Of a stretch of 64,000 bases of DNA, positions 1 to 9,930 are shown piece by piece. This DNA comes from an uncultured Veillonellaceae bacterium (lineage in GTDB: Bacteria; Bacillota; Negativicutes; JARBTT01). The notes beneath the pieces are model-generated. The model did no database searches. It saw only the letters and a list, made by a program, of their open reading frames with translations, and was not told where the DNA came from. How positions within the stretch are numbered: position 1 is the stretch's first letter; every line of letters starts with the position of its first letter. The stretch is from assembly GCA_963805085.1 (NCBI GenBank), contig CAWDTA010000003.1, positions 128,001 to 192,000 on the forward strand, in the 5' to 3' direction. The position numbers were made by a program, and so were the translations under genes.

Positions 1-1025
1 TATGTAATAAAAAATTAGCCGAAAGTGAGCTATCGGTATGTGGGATCATTAATAATTCCAATGTAGACGTCATTGGGACAACAGATGATCCAGCGGATGA
101 TTTAAAGTGGCACAAGAAAATTAAAGCCGAAAGTTCTTGCAAGGCGAAAGTAATTCCATCTTTCCGTCCAGACAAAGCAATGCGAATTGAAAAAAAGGAA
201 TTTAAAGAGTATATCAGTAAACTTGCTGCTGTAAGTGGCGTGAAGATTACTTCAGTAGATACTTTATTTCAAGCATTAGCAAGTCGGATTGATTACTTTA
301 ATGAACTTGGTTGCCGCGCTTCTGATCATGCATTAGAATATGTATTTTACCGTGATAGTAGTAAAGAAGAACTTGAACAAATTTTCCAAGATGCATTAAA
401 GGATAAGGTACTTTCTAGCGAAGCTGTGGAAGCTTATAAAACGGCATTGCTTGTATTTGTAGGAAAACAATACAAAAAATACAATTGGGTAATGCAACTT
501 CACTATAGTGCATTACGTGATGGTAATACGAATGAATATCTTGCACAGGGCCCAGATACTGGGTTTGACAGTATCGCATCGTATAACTGTGGTGAAGGAA
601 TCGTACGCTTTTTGGACGCACTCAACAAAACTGGCGAATTACCTAAGACCGTGCTTTATTCTTTGAATCCTAATGATAATGCAATGCTAGGTAGTATTTT
701 AGGGGATTTCCAAGGACCAGAAGTTACTGGGAAAATCCAACATGGTAGTGCTTGGTGGTTTAATGACACCAAAAAAGGGATGGAAGAGCAACTTACGAGT
801 CTAGCAAATCTGTCAGTATTAGGAAATTTTATTGGCATGTTGACAGATTCACGGAGTTTTCTTTCTTATACACGTCATGAATATTTCAGAAGAATTTTAT
901 GTAATTTGATTGGTACTTGGGTAGAGAATGGTGAGTATCCAAATGATATCGAACAACTAGGAAAGATAGTACAAGATATTTCCTACTATAATGCTTTGAA
1001 ATATTTTAATCTTGACGAACAATAA
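1..1025 (+). CDS. uxaC: Glucuronate/uronate isomerase, 5' end outside the window
   Basis: The frame is open from base 3 (...VIGTTDDPADDL...), upstream of the tracked Met at 180. Motifs MQLHY, GPDTGFDSI, GSAWWFND and GMLTDSRSFLSYTRHEYFRR are present. Confidence 0.96.
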   Translation, partial: CNKKLAESELSVCGIINNSNVDVIGTTDDPADDLKWHKKIKAESSCKAKVIPSFRPDKAMRIEKKEFKEYISKLAAVSGVKITSVDTLFQALASRIDYFNELGCRASDHALEYVFYRDSSKEELEQIFQDALKDKVLSSEAVEAYKTALLVFVGKQYKKYNWVMQLHYSALRDGNTNEYLAQGPDTGFDSIASYNCGEGIVRFLDALNKTGELPKTVLYSLNPNDNAMLGSILGDFQGPEVTGKIQHGSAWWFNDTKKGMEEQLTSLANLSVLGNFIGMLTDSRSFLSYTRHEYFRRILCNLIGTWVENGEYPNDIEQLGKIVQDISYYNALKYFNLDEQ

Positions 1026-1073
1026 ACGTAAAGCAATTTCTAAACTATTTTAAGAATAGTGAGGTAAATAAAC

Positions 1074-2390
1074 ATGGTTTTTGAACAACGAGTTAGCCAA
1101 ATTTTAGATCGTATTGTTTCCCTTACATTTCCAAATCACCAGTTTTTATTAACGGATTATGGTGCCATAGGTGATGGGCTAACAGATTGTACAGCCGCCT
1201 TTAGGAAAGCGATGGATATGGCCAATCGATTTGGCGGTGGCCGTATCCTCGTTCCGGAGGGAACCTATTTGACAGGCCCAATTCATTTTAAAAGCAATAT
1301 CAATTTGCACATCGACAAGAATGCTATTATTAAGTTCAGTCAAGACTTGACGAAATATTTGCCAATGGTACTCAATCGTTTTGAGGGGGTGGAGCTGTAT
1401 AACTATTCTCCACTGATTTATTCTTATAATGAGGTGAATCTTGCGATTACTGGAGAAGGAACATTAGACGGCAACGGTGATAACCAACATTGGTGGCCTT
1501 GGAAAGGTAAAACAGAATTTGGTTGGCAAGCAGGTGAGCCCGAGCAAGCCTCTGATCGTGAACTGCTATTTGCGATGGCTGAAGAAAATATACCAGTGGC
1601 TGATAGAAAGTTTGGAACAGGGCATTATCTTCGCCCGAGTCTTATCCAGTTTTATCAAAGTAAGAATATTTTGATCGAAGGGATAACGGTGAAAAATTCG
1701 CCAATGTGGCAAATTGCCCCTGTACTTTGTGAAAATATTAAAATTGATCATGTAACGATCATCGGTCATGGTCCCAATACTGATGGCTTTGATCCTGATT
1801 CTTGTAACAATGTATTAATTGAACATTGTTATTTTGATAATGGGGATGATTGTATTGCGATTAAATCCGGCAGAAATGCTGATGGCAGGCGTATTAATAC
1901 ACCCTGTAAAAATATTGTCATTCGTAATAATTATATGAAAGATGGTCATGGTGGGATTACGATTGGCAGCGAAATTTCGGGTAGTGTTTATAATGTTTTC
2001 GCGGATCATAATGTGATGGACAGTCCAAATTTAGATCGGGCTCTACGATTTAAAACCAACTCAGTACGTGGTGGCGTCGTTGAAAATATTTTCTTTAGAA
2101 ATACGATTGTAAAGAGTATTGGAAAAGAAATCTTGATTATCGATATGGATTATGAAGAAGGTGATACTGGTGATTTTACACCGGTTGTTCGCAATATTGT
2201 TGTAGAAAATCTTGAAAGTTATGGTGGCGAAACAGGCTTTTTATTAAGTGCTTATGATCGTACGCCAATTACAAATATAAAATTGATTAATTGCACATTA
2301 CATGATGTTGAAACGCCGTGTATCTTAAAAAATGTAGAAAATTTGGTTTGCGAAAATGTCAATATTAATGGAAAAACATTTACTGCATAG
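1074..2390 (+). CDS. GH28 polygalacturonase (probably cytoplasmic exo-type; no signal peptide seen)
   Basis: GH28 motifs NTDG, GDDCIAIKSG, GHGG and RFKT; GAGG RBS upstream. Confidence 0.92.
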   Translation: MVFEQRVSQILDRIVSLTFPNHQFLLTDYGAIGDGLTDCTAAFRKAMDMANRFGGGRILVPEGTYLTGPIHFKSNINLHIDKNAIIKFSQDLTKYLPMVLNRFEGVELYNYSPLIYSYNEVNLAITGEGTLDGNGDNQHWWPWKGKTEFGWQAGEPEQASDRELLFAMAEENIPVADRKFGTGHYLRPSLIQFYQSKNILIEGITVKNSPMWQIAPVLCENIKIDHVTIIGHGPNTDGFDPDSCNNVLIEHCYFDNGDDCIAIKSGRNADGRRINTPCKNIVIRNNYMKDGHGGITIGSEISGSVYNVFADHNVMDSPNLDRALRFKTNSVRGGVVENIFFRNTIVKSIGKEILIIDMDYEEGDTGDFTPVVRNIVVENLESYGGETGFLLSAYDRTPITNIKLINCTLHDVETPCILKNVENLVCENVNINGKTFTA

Positions 2391-2487
2391 GTAAACTATA
2401 AATTTCCTTTAAATAATTTAAATATTCTAAAAAGACAAAATACTTAAATTGTTGACCAGACAAAAAAATGTAAAGCAGGTAATACAT

Positions 2488-3129
2488 ATGAATGAGTTCC
2501 AAGAGTGGAAGAATGTATGCAAAGCGAAGCAAATTGTTGAAGTTTTAAACCAAAGACATTTTAAAGCAAGCTATGTGGCTACGAGGAAAGAGGCTAAAGA
2601 AAAGCTGATTGGAATGCTAGAAGAGGGGGCAAGTGTTGCGATCGGTGGATCAACTACGTTAAGTGATATGGGGATGGTCGAGGTTTTACGCAATGGAAAT
2701 TACAAGTTTTTTGATCGCTATCAGAGGCTTCCGTTTGATCCTGATATCGTAGACATTCATCGTCAATCGCTTACAGCGGATTACTTGATCACCGGAACTA
2801 ACGCGATTACGAAACAGGGTGAATTGGTCAATACCGATTGCACAGGAAACCGTGTGGCGCCGATGATTTTTGGTCCGAAAAATGTCATCATTGTCGCAGG
2901 GGTGAACAAGATTGTCGATACCTTGGATGATGCGTTTAAACGAATTAGAGAAATCGCACCGATGAATTCAAAGCGCATCAAACATGAAACGCCTTGCGTG
3001 GAAACTGGATTTTGTGTCGACTGTGATTGTAAAAAACGAATTTGTAATTTTACAACGATTATTCATAATGGTATCAAATTTGAAGGAAGAATCAAAATTA
3101 TTATTGTAGCTGAAGAGCTAGGATATTGA
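2488..3129 (+). CDS. LUD-domain (lactate utilization C-like) protein with a Cys-rich C-terminus
   Basis: Motifs GGSTTL, GTNAIT, GNRVAPMIFGP and TPCVETGFCVDC...RIC. ATG at 2488 is preferred over TTG at 2449. Confidence 0.8.
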   Translation: MNEFQEWKNVCKAKQIVEVLNQRHFKASYVATRKEAKEKLIGMLEEGASVAIGGSTTLSDMGMVEVLRNGNYKFFDRYQRLPFDPDIVDIHRQSLTADYLITGTNAITKQGELVNTDCTGNRVAPMIFGPKNVIIVAGVNKIVDTLDDAFKRIREIAPMNSKRIKHETPCVETGFCVDCDCKKRICNFTTIIHNGIKFEGRIKIIIVAEELGY

Positions 3130-3154
3130 TTAAATTTTAAATAAGAGGTGGATT

Positions 3155-4236
3155 ATGACTAGTTATGCTAAATGGATGACGGATTCGGTCATCGACAGAA
3201 AAACAAATTTAACAGATCACTGGGGCTATGAGTATGGTTTAACTTTAGATGGAATTGCGAAAGTTTGGCAGCAAACAGGTGCGAAAGAGTATTTTGAGTA
3301 TGTTGTAAAAACAATGGATAATTTTATCGGTGAAGATGGTAGTATCAAAGGCTATGCACTCGAAGAATACAATATTGATCATCTCAATAACGGTAAAATA
3401 TTGCTGACTTTATACAAAGCAACAGGCAGAGAAAAGTATAAAAAAGCGCTAGATCATCTGCGTAAACAAATTGAATCGCATCCACGTACAAGTGAAGGGG
3501 TTTTTTGGCATAAAGATATTTATCCAAATCAAATTTGGCTTGATGGCCTGTATATGGGCGCAACTTTTTATGCGCAATATGTAAAAGAATTTGGTGATGC
3601 AGTAGAATTTGATGATATCGCTAGACAATTTGTGATTTGCGAAAAACATCTCAAAGATGCTGCAACAGGTCTTTTATATCATGCTTGGGATGAAAAGAAA
3701 GAGCAAAATTGGGCAGATAAAGCAACCGGTTTATCACCACATTTTTGGGGTAGATCTATGGGATGGTATGTAATGGCACTTGTTGATACCTTGGAAGTTT
3801 TCCCAGAAGATAATGCGCATCACCATGCATTGGTGGAAATCTTAAATCGTACAATAGCAGCTTTACTTAAAGTACAAGATACAGAAAGTCATGTATGGTA
3901 TCAAATACTAGATCAAGGGACGAGAAAAGGTAATTATTTAGAATCATCAGGGTCATCCATGATTGTATATGCTTTATTAAAAGGTGTCAGAAAAGGATAT
4001 CTACCAGACACTTTAAAAGAAACAGCTAAAGAGGCGTATCAAGGGTTGGTGGCAGAATTTATTTTAGAAACAAAAGAGCATCTTATCAATTTAAACAAAG
4101 TTTGTTATGTAGCAGGATTGGGGGGGAAGATAACCGCGATGGAACATTCGCTTATTATATCAGTGAACCAATTGTTAGTAACGAACCAAAAGGTTTGGGA
4201 CCATTCATCCTCGCGTCTGTAGAAAATGAATTTTGA
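3155..4236 (+). CDS. GH105 unsaturated rhamnogalacturonyl hydrolase (YteR-like), frameshifted at a G7 run near 4120-4126
   Basis: Motifs WHK..YPNQIWLDGLYM, FWGRSMGW and VAGLGG. The conserved tail RDGTFAYYISEPIVSNEPKGLGPFILA lies in a different frame and ends at TGA 4234-4236. Confidence 0.88.
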
Positions 4237-4265
4237 TCATTAAAAATTATGAGGAGGCCTCTATT

Positions 4266-5780
4266 GTGGCTAGAAAAGTAACGCTTAAAAATATTATTGG
4301 TTATGCTTCCGTAAACTTTTTAGGGCAGGGTTCTCAACTTTTGATATCTGCTTGGCTCATGTATTTCTATACGACAATGTGTAATTTAAATGCAATTGAG
4401 GCAAGTTTGATTTTTACAATGGCGCGGCTTCTAGATGCGATTGGTAATCCAGTGATGGGTTTTATTACTGATAACTTCTTAAAGACACGACTTGGCAGAA
4501 GATTCGGTAGAAGGAAATTCTTTATATTGATTGGGATTCCAACGATTACGATTGTCTTTCCATTGCTTTGGGTTTCAGGACAATCCTTCACCTATTATTT
4601 CATTATGAATTTATTATATGAAGCAATTTTCACCATGGTTATTGTCTCTAGTTCAACATTACCTGCTGAAATGACGCAAGATGCTGGTGATAAAGCGAAA
4701 TTAACTGGGGCAAAGCAATATTGCGGTACGATTGCTAGCACAATTGCTGCTTTTATTCCAGGTCGTTTATTTATGATGTATGGAAAAGATTCTCCCGATG
4801 CATTTCTTTATACAGGTGCTATTTACGCAGTCATGATGGGGATTTCTTTAGTAGTTGTTTACGTATTCACCTTCGAACGGGATCAAAAAGACGTTCATTA
4901 TGAAAGTGAGATCAAGAGTGTTTGGCATATTCTACCTAGAATTTGTGCAGATGTTGTTTCTAGTATGCGTGTTCGCACGTTTAGACTTCATTGTGTACTG
5001 ATGTGTATCGGTGGTATTTTTAAAAATTTAACAACCGGTGTATTTACGTACTTTGTTATCTTTGTTTTATTGCAAGATCCAATCGTTACTTCGAATATTT
5101 CTGGTATTACAACATTCGCTTCTTCTATTGCATTGATGTTATTCATCATGTCTTGCTATAAATATGGCGGGCCTACCACCTATAAAATTTCTACAGTTAT
5201 TGTATTTATTTCTCTTTTTGGTTACTATGCATTGACAGTGAATCAGCCGGTCAATATGGTTGTCATTTTGACGATATGTGCAGTTGCTAATATGGTCGGT
5301 AGAGCTGGTATTGACTATGTACCAGTATTTCAATTGGCCTTTATGGCCGATGTTGATGAAGCAATCACTGGGCAAAGAAGAGAAGGGTTATTCACCGGGG
5401 TTAATTCGCTATTATCAAAAGTGGCAACGGCTATTGAAGCAGCAGTACTTGGTGCAGGGTTGCAAATGTTTGCCTTCCAGCCAGGTGTGACAGTACAACC
5501 AGAATCGGCAATTTTCGGGATTACTTTGATTACCGTTGGTGCTCCATTTATCCTACTTAGTATTACTTGGATTGCTTGTACTAGACTAAAATTAACAAAA
5601 GAAAGACATAAAATCTTGGTAGATGAAGTAAACCGTTTGAGAGCTGGCGGTTCGATGGAGGATGCTACTCAAGAAGCAAAAGTAGTATTTAAAGAATTGA
5701 CCGGCTGGGAATATAAAGAATGCTGGGGAAAAAGTAAAAAAATTTGTCATGAAGTAGATGAAGTTAGAATTGCTCATTAA
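4266..5780 (+). CDS. MFS glycoside-pentoside-hexuronide transporter (oligogalacturonide TogT-like)
   Basis: About 12 hydrophobic helices; motifs RLLDAIGNPVMGFITD, FGRRK and DVDEAITGQRREG; GAGGAGG RBS before GTG 4266. Confidence 0.85.
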   Translation: MARKVTLKNIIGYASVNFLGQGSQLLISAWLMYFYTTMCNLNAIEASLIFTMARLLDAIGNPVMGFITDNFLKTRLGRRFGRRKFFILIGIPTITIVFPLLWVSGQSFTYYFIMNLLYEAIFTMVIVSSSTLPAEMTQDAGDKAKLTGAKQYCGTIASTIAAFIPGRLFMMYGKDSPDAFLYTGAIYAVMMGISLVVVYVFTFERDQKDVHYESEIKSVWHILPRICADVVSSMRVRTFRLHCVLMCIGGIFKNLTTGVFTYFVIFVLLQDPIVTSNISGITTFASSIALMLFIMSCYKYGGPTTYKISTVIVFISLFGYYALTVNQPVNMVVILTICAVANMVGRAGIDYVPVFQLAFMADVDEAITGQRREGLFTGVNSLLSKVATAIEAAVLGAGLQMFAFQPGVTVQPESAIFGITLITVGAPFILLSITWIACTRLKLTKERHKILVDEVNRLRAGGSMEDATQEAKVVFKELTGWEYKECWGKSKKICHEVDEVRIAH

Positions 5781-5795
5781 TAAACAGTTCAATAA

Positions 5796-5824
5796 TTGCA
5801 ATTCATTAAGAAAAGTTATATAAT
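5796..5824 (+). promoter_or_regulatory. sigmaA promoter TTGCAA-N17-TATAAT
   Basis: Near-consensus hexamers with exact 17-bp spacing, upstream of the small ORF at 5855. Confidence 0.75.
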
Positions 5825-5854
5825 ATGGACAATAGCATCCAGGGGGGTGAGTCC

Positions 5855-5980
5855 ATGGGGAAAATTTCTCCAAAGAGTAGTTATAAAAATATGATTAAGG
5901 CAAATAAGACGGATACTTTCTTTGCAAATCGTCAAGCGAATAAAGTTATCAAGTCAGCAAATAAGCCAAAGGTAAAATAA
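5855..5980 (+). CDS. 41-aa lysine-rich small protein (MGKISPKSSYKNMIKANKTDTFFANRQANKVIKSANKPKVK)
   Basis: Has its own promoter, an SD-like AGGGGGGTGA just upstream of the ATG and a downstream terminator. Too short to appear in the ORF track. Confidence 0.65.
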   Translation: MGKISPKSSYKNMIKANKTDTFFANRQANKVIKSANKPKVK

Positions 5981-6017
5981 AAAAAATAATCATAAATATC
6001 AGTTCGGTATTAGCAAG

Positions 6018-6068
6018 AAAGCTGCCTATGACTAAAAAAGTGAAACTTTTTTAGTCATAGGCAGCTTT
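6018..6068. terminator. 23-bp perfect inverted repeat, probable bidirectional intrinsic terminator
   Basis: AAAGCTGCCTATGACTAAAAAAG-TGAAA-CTTTTTTAGTCATAGGCAGCTTT between convergent genes. Confidence 0.8.
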
Positions 6069-6098
6069 TGTTTATAGTAACATAAGTATGTTTTGATT

Positions 6099-6130
6099 CG
6101 ATCTGCCTGTGCAAAAACTTAGGCAGATCG
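6099..6130 (-). terminator. Hairpin just downstream of the MCP stop codon
   Basis: CGATCTGCCT...AGGCAGATCG, a 10-bp stem. Confidence 0.5.
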
Positions 6131-6135
6131 TTAGT

Positions 6136-8106
6136 TTAAACCTTAAATTTACTAGCCGCAATTTGTAATTCTTGGGCAAGTTTTGCTAAGGATTGGCTAG
6201 AGGTGGATAATTCGTGCATAGAAGCAGATTGTTCTTCTGTTGCAGCCGATACCGTTTCCGTTTCAGCTGTAGTCAATTTGCTTACTTTATCGATTTCTTC
6301 GACAGCAGTCACGATATCTTTGTTACTCACATTGATATATTCAATTGCTTTGTAAGCAGCAGTAAATTGCTGATTTACTTCGGAGATCATCGTGTTGATT
6401 TCCTCAAATACTTTACCAGCTTCATTCACGACTTCTGCTCCTAATTTAACTTCTGAGGTACCATTATGCATGGATTCCACGGCTTTGGCAGTTTCCACAC
6501 GGATTTTTGAAATCAAATCTGAAATATGTTTCGCTGCGATTTGTGATTGTTCAGCGAGCTTTCTTACTTCTTCCGCAACTACCGCAAAGCCACGTCCTTG
6601 TTCACCGGCACGGGCTGCTTCAATTGCTGCATTGAGTGCTAATAAATTGGTTTGTCCAGCTATGGCAGAAATCGTATCCACGATTTGTCCAATTTCATTG
6701 GAACGTGCGCCCAAATCTTCGACGACTTTGGCTGATGAGCCAACGGTTTCTTCTACACTATTCATTTGGTGAATCGCTCTTTGAATGATTTTATTGCCAT
6801 CACTCGCTTTTTGTGCAGAAGTGTTTGCTTTTTCTGTACCACGATTGGTTGTATCAATTAAGTGCGCAATATTACTAGACATTTTATTTACCGATGCAGT
6901 TGTTTGGTCGATTGAGTTTAATTGCTGGTTAGAACCATTGGCTACTTCGGTAATGGAAACGGCAATTTGGTGGGAAGCTTGGGCAGATTGCTCAGCACTG
7001 GCTGTAAATTGCTGACTTGCTGCAGCCAATTGCTCAGCAGAGATACTGACCTGTTTGATTAATTCGCGTAAATTACTGCGCATATCATATAAGGATTTTG
7101 CTAATTGTCCAATTTCATCATTGCCGTTAATAGCTTTTGGCTTATCAGTGAAATCACCAGAAGATAACTCTTCGGAAAGTGATTTCATTTTATTTAGTGA
7201 GGTCGTGATATTTAAGGTTAACCAAACAATAATACCGCCTAAGATTAAGATAACCAAAATGCCAATAAGCAGGGAAACCAAGCGCATATTGCTGATACCT
7301 TCATAAAGTTCAGCAGAAGGCGTAACAGAACACATTGACCAACCTGTTGTGCCGATTGGGGTAGCGTTATAAATCATATCTTTTCCATCGCTAGAAATTA
7401 CCATAGCAGTTTCTTTATCAGCTTTTACTTTTTCAAAGAAAAGAGCAAGGCTGCCATTTTTTATCTTAGCAAGGTTCTCATCTGGTTTAAATTCAGGATG
7501 TTTAATCAAAGCACCATTCGCATCAACGATGAAACTAAAACCAGTTTTAGCCGTTGTCATTTTATCAACCGCATTGAAAAGTTTTGTCAAATCTAATTCA
7601 ATGGCGATAACGCCGACTTTTTGACCATTCGTAGAAACGGCATGTCCCATATTTACCATGAGTCCACCGGAATTTGCATCTACATAGATATCCGAGTAAA
7701 CAAGATCGTTTGCAGCGCTGCCTTTTAGATACCAAGCTCTCGTTCTAGCATCATAATCAGGTTTAGGGATCCAATTGTCTGTATCCATATAACGTTTATC
7801 ATTAAACGCTACCATAATATTTTTAATCTCAGGATTCGATTGTTTGGCTGCTTGAATGCGAGCGCGGATTTCTGGCTCTGTCATACTAATAGATAAACTA
7901 GAAGCCAATTCATTGGCAACCCCTTCTTGACGAACCAATGTTTGATTTATTTTTGCACTATAAACGTTTAAAGTAGACTTATTGGCGCTTTCAATTTGGT
8001 TTTCTAAGGCTGATTTTGCTGTAAAATAAGAATAAAAACTCAAGGCACCGATTAAAAAGATAACAGGTATTAGTAAAAAAGTTAACATTTTTGTGCGTAG
8101 TCTCAT
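6136..8106 (-). CDS. Methyl-accepting chemotaxis protein (dCache-HAMP-signalling domain)
   Basis: Two TM segments; YDARTRAWY dCache motif; [38 protein letters not shown]. Confidence 0.96.
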   Translation of the reverse strand: MRLRTKMLTFLLIPVIFLIGALSFYSYFTAKSALENQIESANKSTLNVYSAKINQTLVRQEGVANELASSLSISMTEPEIRARIQAAKQSNPEIKNIMVAFNDKRYMDTDNWIPKPDYDARTRAWYLKGSAANDLVYSDIYVDANSGGLMVNMGHAVSTNGQKVGVIAIELDLTKLFNAVDKMTTAKTGFSFIVDANGALIKHPEFKPDENLAKIKNGSLALFFEKVKADKETAMVISSDGKDMIYNATPIGTTGWSMCSVTPSAELYEGISNMRLVSLLIGILVILILGGIIVWLTLNITTSLNKMKSLSEELSSGDFTDKPKAINGNDEIGQLAKSLYDMRSNLRELIKQVSISAEQLAAASQQFTASAEQSAQASHQIAVSITEVANGSNQQLNSIDQTTASVNKMSSNIAHLIDTTNRGTEKANTSAQKASDGNKIIQRAIHQMNSVEETVGSSAKVVEDLGARSNEIGQIVDTISAIAGQTNLLALNAAIEAARAGEQGRGFAVVAEEVRKLAEQSQIAAKHISDLISKIRVETAKAVESMHNGTSEVKLGAEVVNEAGKVFEEINTMISEVNQQFTAAYKAIEYINVSNKDIVTAVEEIDKVSKLTTAETETVSAATEEQSASMHELSTSSQSLAKLAQELQIAASKFKV

Positions 8107-8286
8107 GGAATCACTTCCTCATATGTAATATTTAAGTTCAAATTCTATTTTACAATTTTTTCAGTCAAAAAACATAAAAAAACAAACGAATCCAAAAAGT
8201 ATATTGTATATTGTTGAATTTTGTTGCACATGATACAATCAATAGATGAGAGATAACGAATAAAAACCAGCTGGGAAGGACACAAT

Positions 8287-8790
8287 ATGACGAAACAAAG
8301 ACAAATTGAGGAAATGCCAGATATCACTTTATTAGGACAAAAAGGTGTTGCCTATCAGTATGAATATCAACCGCAGGTATTGGAAACTTTCGATAATCAA
8401 CACCAAGGAAACGACTATTGGGTAAAATTTAACTGTCCAGAGTTTACGAGTCTTTGTCCGATGACAGGACAACCAGATTTTGCAACAATTTTTATTAGCT
8501 ACATTCCAACGATAAAAATGGTAGAAAGTAAATCCCTTAAATTATATTTAGTAAGTTTTAGAAATCATGGCGATTTCCATGAAGATGTTGTCAATATTAT
8601 CATGAAAGATTTAATTAAGTTGATGGATCCTAAGTATATTGAAGTCTTAGGAAAGTTTTTGCCACGTGGTGGTATTTCTATTGATCCATATTGTAACTAT
8701 GGTAAAGTCGGTACAAAATATGAGCAATTGGCTTGGGAGCGTTTAAAGCAACACGATTTATTTGGTATGGATAAGGTTGACAATCGTTAG
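8287..8790 (+). CDS. queF: NADPH-dependent preQ0 (7-cyano-7-deazaguanine) reductase
   Basis: [29 protein letters not shown] and PRGGI motifs. Confidence 0.96.
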   Translation: MTKQRQIEEMPDITLLGQKGVAYQYEYQPQVLETFDNQHQGNDYWVKFNCPEFTSLCPMTGQPDFATIFISYIPTIKMVESKSLKLYLVSFRNHGDFHEDVVNIIMKDLIKLMDPKYIEVLGKFLPRGGISIDPYCNYGKVGTKYEQLAWERLKQHDLFGMDKVDNR

Positions 8791-8859
8791 AAAATAGTCG
8801 ACATTTATTGTGTTGCTATTAGAATATAATTTGGGAAAAAATTAACTTTATTTCGGATA

Positions 8860-8896
8860 TTGACAGTGATGATAAAGAGTAGTATGCTACATACAG
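8860..8896 (+). promoter_or_regulatory. sigmaA promoter (TTGACA-N17-TATGCT) with a palindromic operator overlapping the -10 box
   Basis: TTGACA at 8860-8865 and TATGCT at 8883-8888, inside TAGTATGCTACATACAG (GTATG-CTA-CATAC). Confidence 0.7.
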
Positions 8897-8936
8897 AAAT
8901 AAAAATAAACGCAAAAATATCGAGGTTGAAGAAAAT

Positions 8937-9608
8937 ATGGTGGAAACCATTTTACAGAGAGTATCTTTAAAAGATCAAGTTTATCAGTATTTGAAAAAAG
9001 CGATCATTAATGGTGAGCTGAAAACTGGTGAAATATATTCTGAACAAATGTTTGCCACACAATTAAACATTTCAAGAACACCTGTAAGAGAGGCTGTACT
9101 TCAATTACGACATGAAAATATGCTGGAGATTTACAATAATCGCGGCATTATGGTAAAACCATTGCTGTTTGAAGATGTCAAAAAAATTATTGAGGCAAGG
9201 GTGGCCATTGAAGGATATAGTGTCAGACATTTGACTAAGAATATTCATACGCCAGAAGCACAAGAAGTGGTAATCTTATTAAGCACTTGTTTGAAGTTAG
9301 CGACTGAAGCGGTAAATGATCAGGATTGCTATTATGATTTTATGCAAGCAGATATTGATTTTCATGGATTAATCGTTGATTTTACGAAAAATGATTATTT
9401 TATCAATACCATTCATATGCTAAGATCAAGAATTGAAAAGGCAACCGTTGGTTCCTTGAAACAAGGTGAACGAATGAAGATTGCAATAAAAGAACATGAA
9501 GAGCTATTTGAGATTATAAAAAGTGGCGATGACTATGGTGCATATTTATCATTTGAGAAACATATGCAAAATACCATAGAAGTGATGAAACATTGTAATT
9601 TAGACTAA
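8937..9608 (+). CDS. GntR-family (FCD) transcriptional regulator
   Basis: wHTH motif ISRTPVREA; FCD motifs DIDFH and EHEEL. Confidence 0.93.
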   Translation: MVETILQRVSLKDQVYQYLKKAIINGELKTGEIYSEQMFATQLNISRTPVREAVLQLRHENMLEIYNNRGIMVKPLLFEDVKKIIEARVAIEGYSVRHLTKNIHTPEAQEVVILLSTCLKLATEAVNDQDCYYDFMQADIDFHGLIVDFTKNDYFINTIHMLRSRIEKATVGSLKQGERMKIAIKEHEELFEIIKSGDDYGAYLSFEKHMQNTIEVMKHCNLD

Positions 9609-9660
9609 AAAATAAAATTTTGTAGTTTATCTAAAGGTGTTTCATTTTTTTAGGATACAG

Positions 9661-9677
9661 TAGTGTGCTACATGCAG
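9661..9677. promoter_or_regulatory. Operator copy 2, TAGTGTGCTACATGCAG
   Basis: Matches the copies at 8880 and 9769. Confidence 0.65.
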
Positions 9678-9768
9678 GTAATCATAACCTATAGGATTAG
9701 ATAGTAAAATAATAAATAATTTTCAATCGAGTAAATGCTAGGCGATAAGCTTTATTTTTTAAATTAAC

Positions 9769-9792
9769 TAGTGTGCTACACACGGTATGCTA
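9769..9792. promoter_or_regulatory. Operator copy 3, TAGTGTGCTACACACGG, plus adjacent half-site GTATGCTA
   Basis: GTGTG-CTA-CACAC palindrome upstream of the acid-sugar operon. Confidence 0.65.
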
Positions 9793-9930
9793 ACAGATCA
9801 GCTTATTGCTTTCATGAATGTATAATAAAACAGTGGACAGGATATTATCTGAATATTTATAAAATACGAGGTATTCTGTTTACATGTTTGTTATATACAA
9901 TATTTTATAATTTATGAGGGGGTTTTTACA

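Noticed and set aside
6214-7306. Plus-strand ORFs inside the MCP, and similar antisense ORFs over garR, the kinase, the permease, the PKS and the NRPS genes
   Set aside because: These are shadow frames of well-supported genes with no RBS or motifs. Their recurrence in the PKS simply tracks the DNA repeats.
8230-8286. Possible preQ1 riboswitch upstream of queF
   Set aside because: An A-rich tract (AATAAAAAC) is present, but I could not find the P1 stem and conserved loop. A cmsearch with the preQ1 models would be needed.
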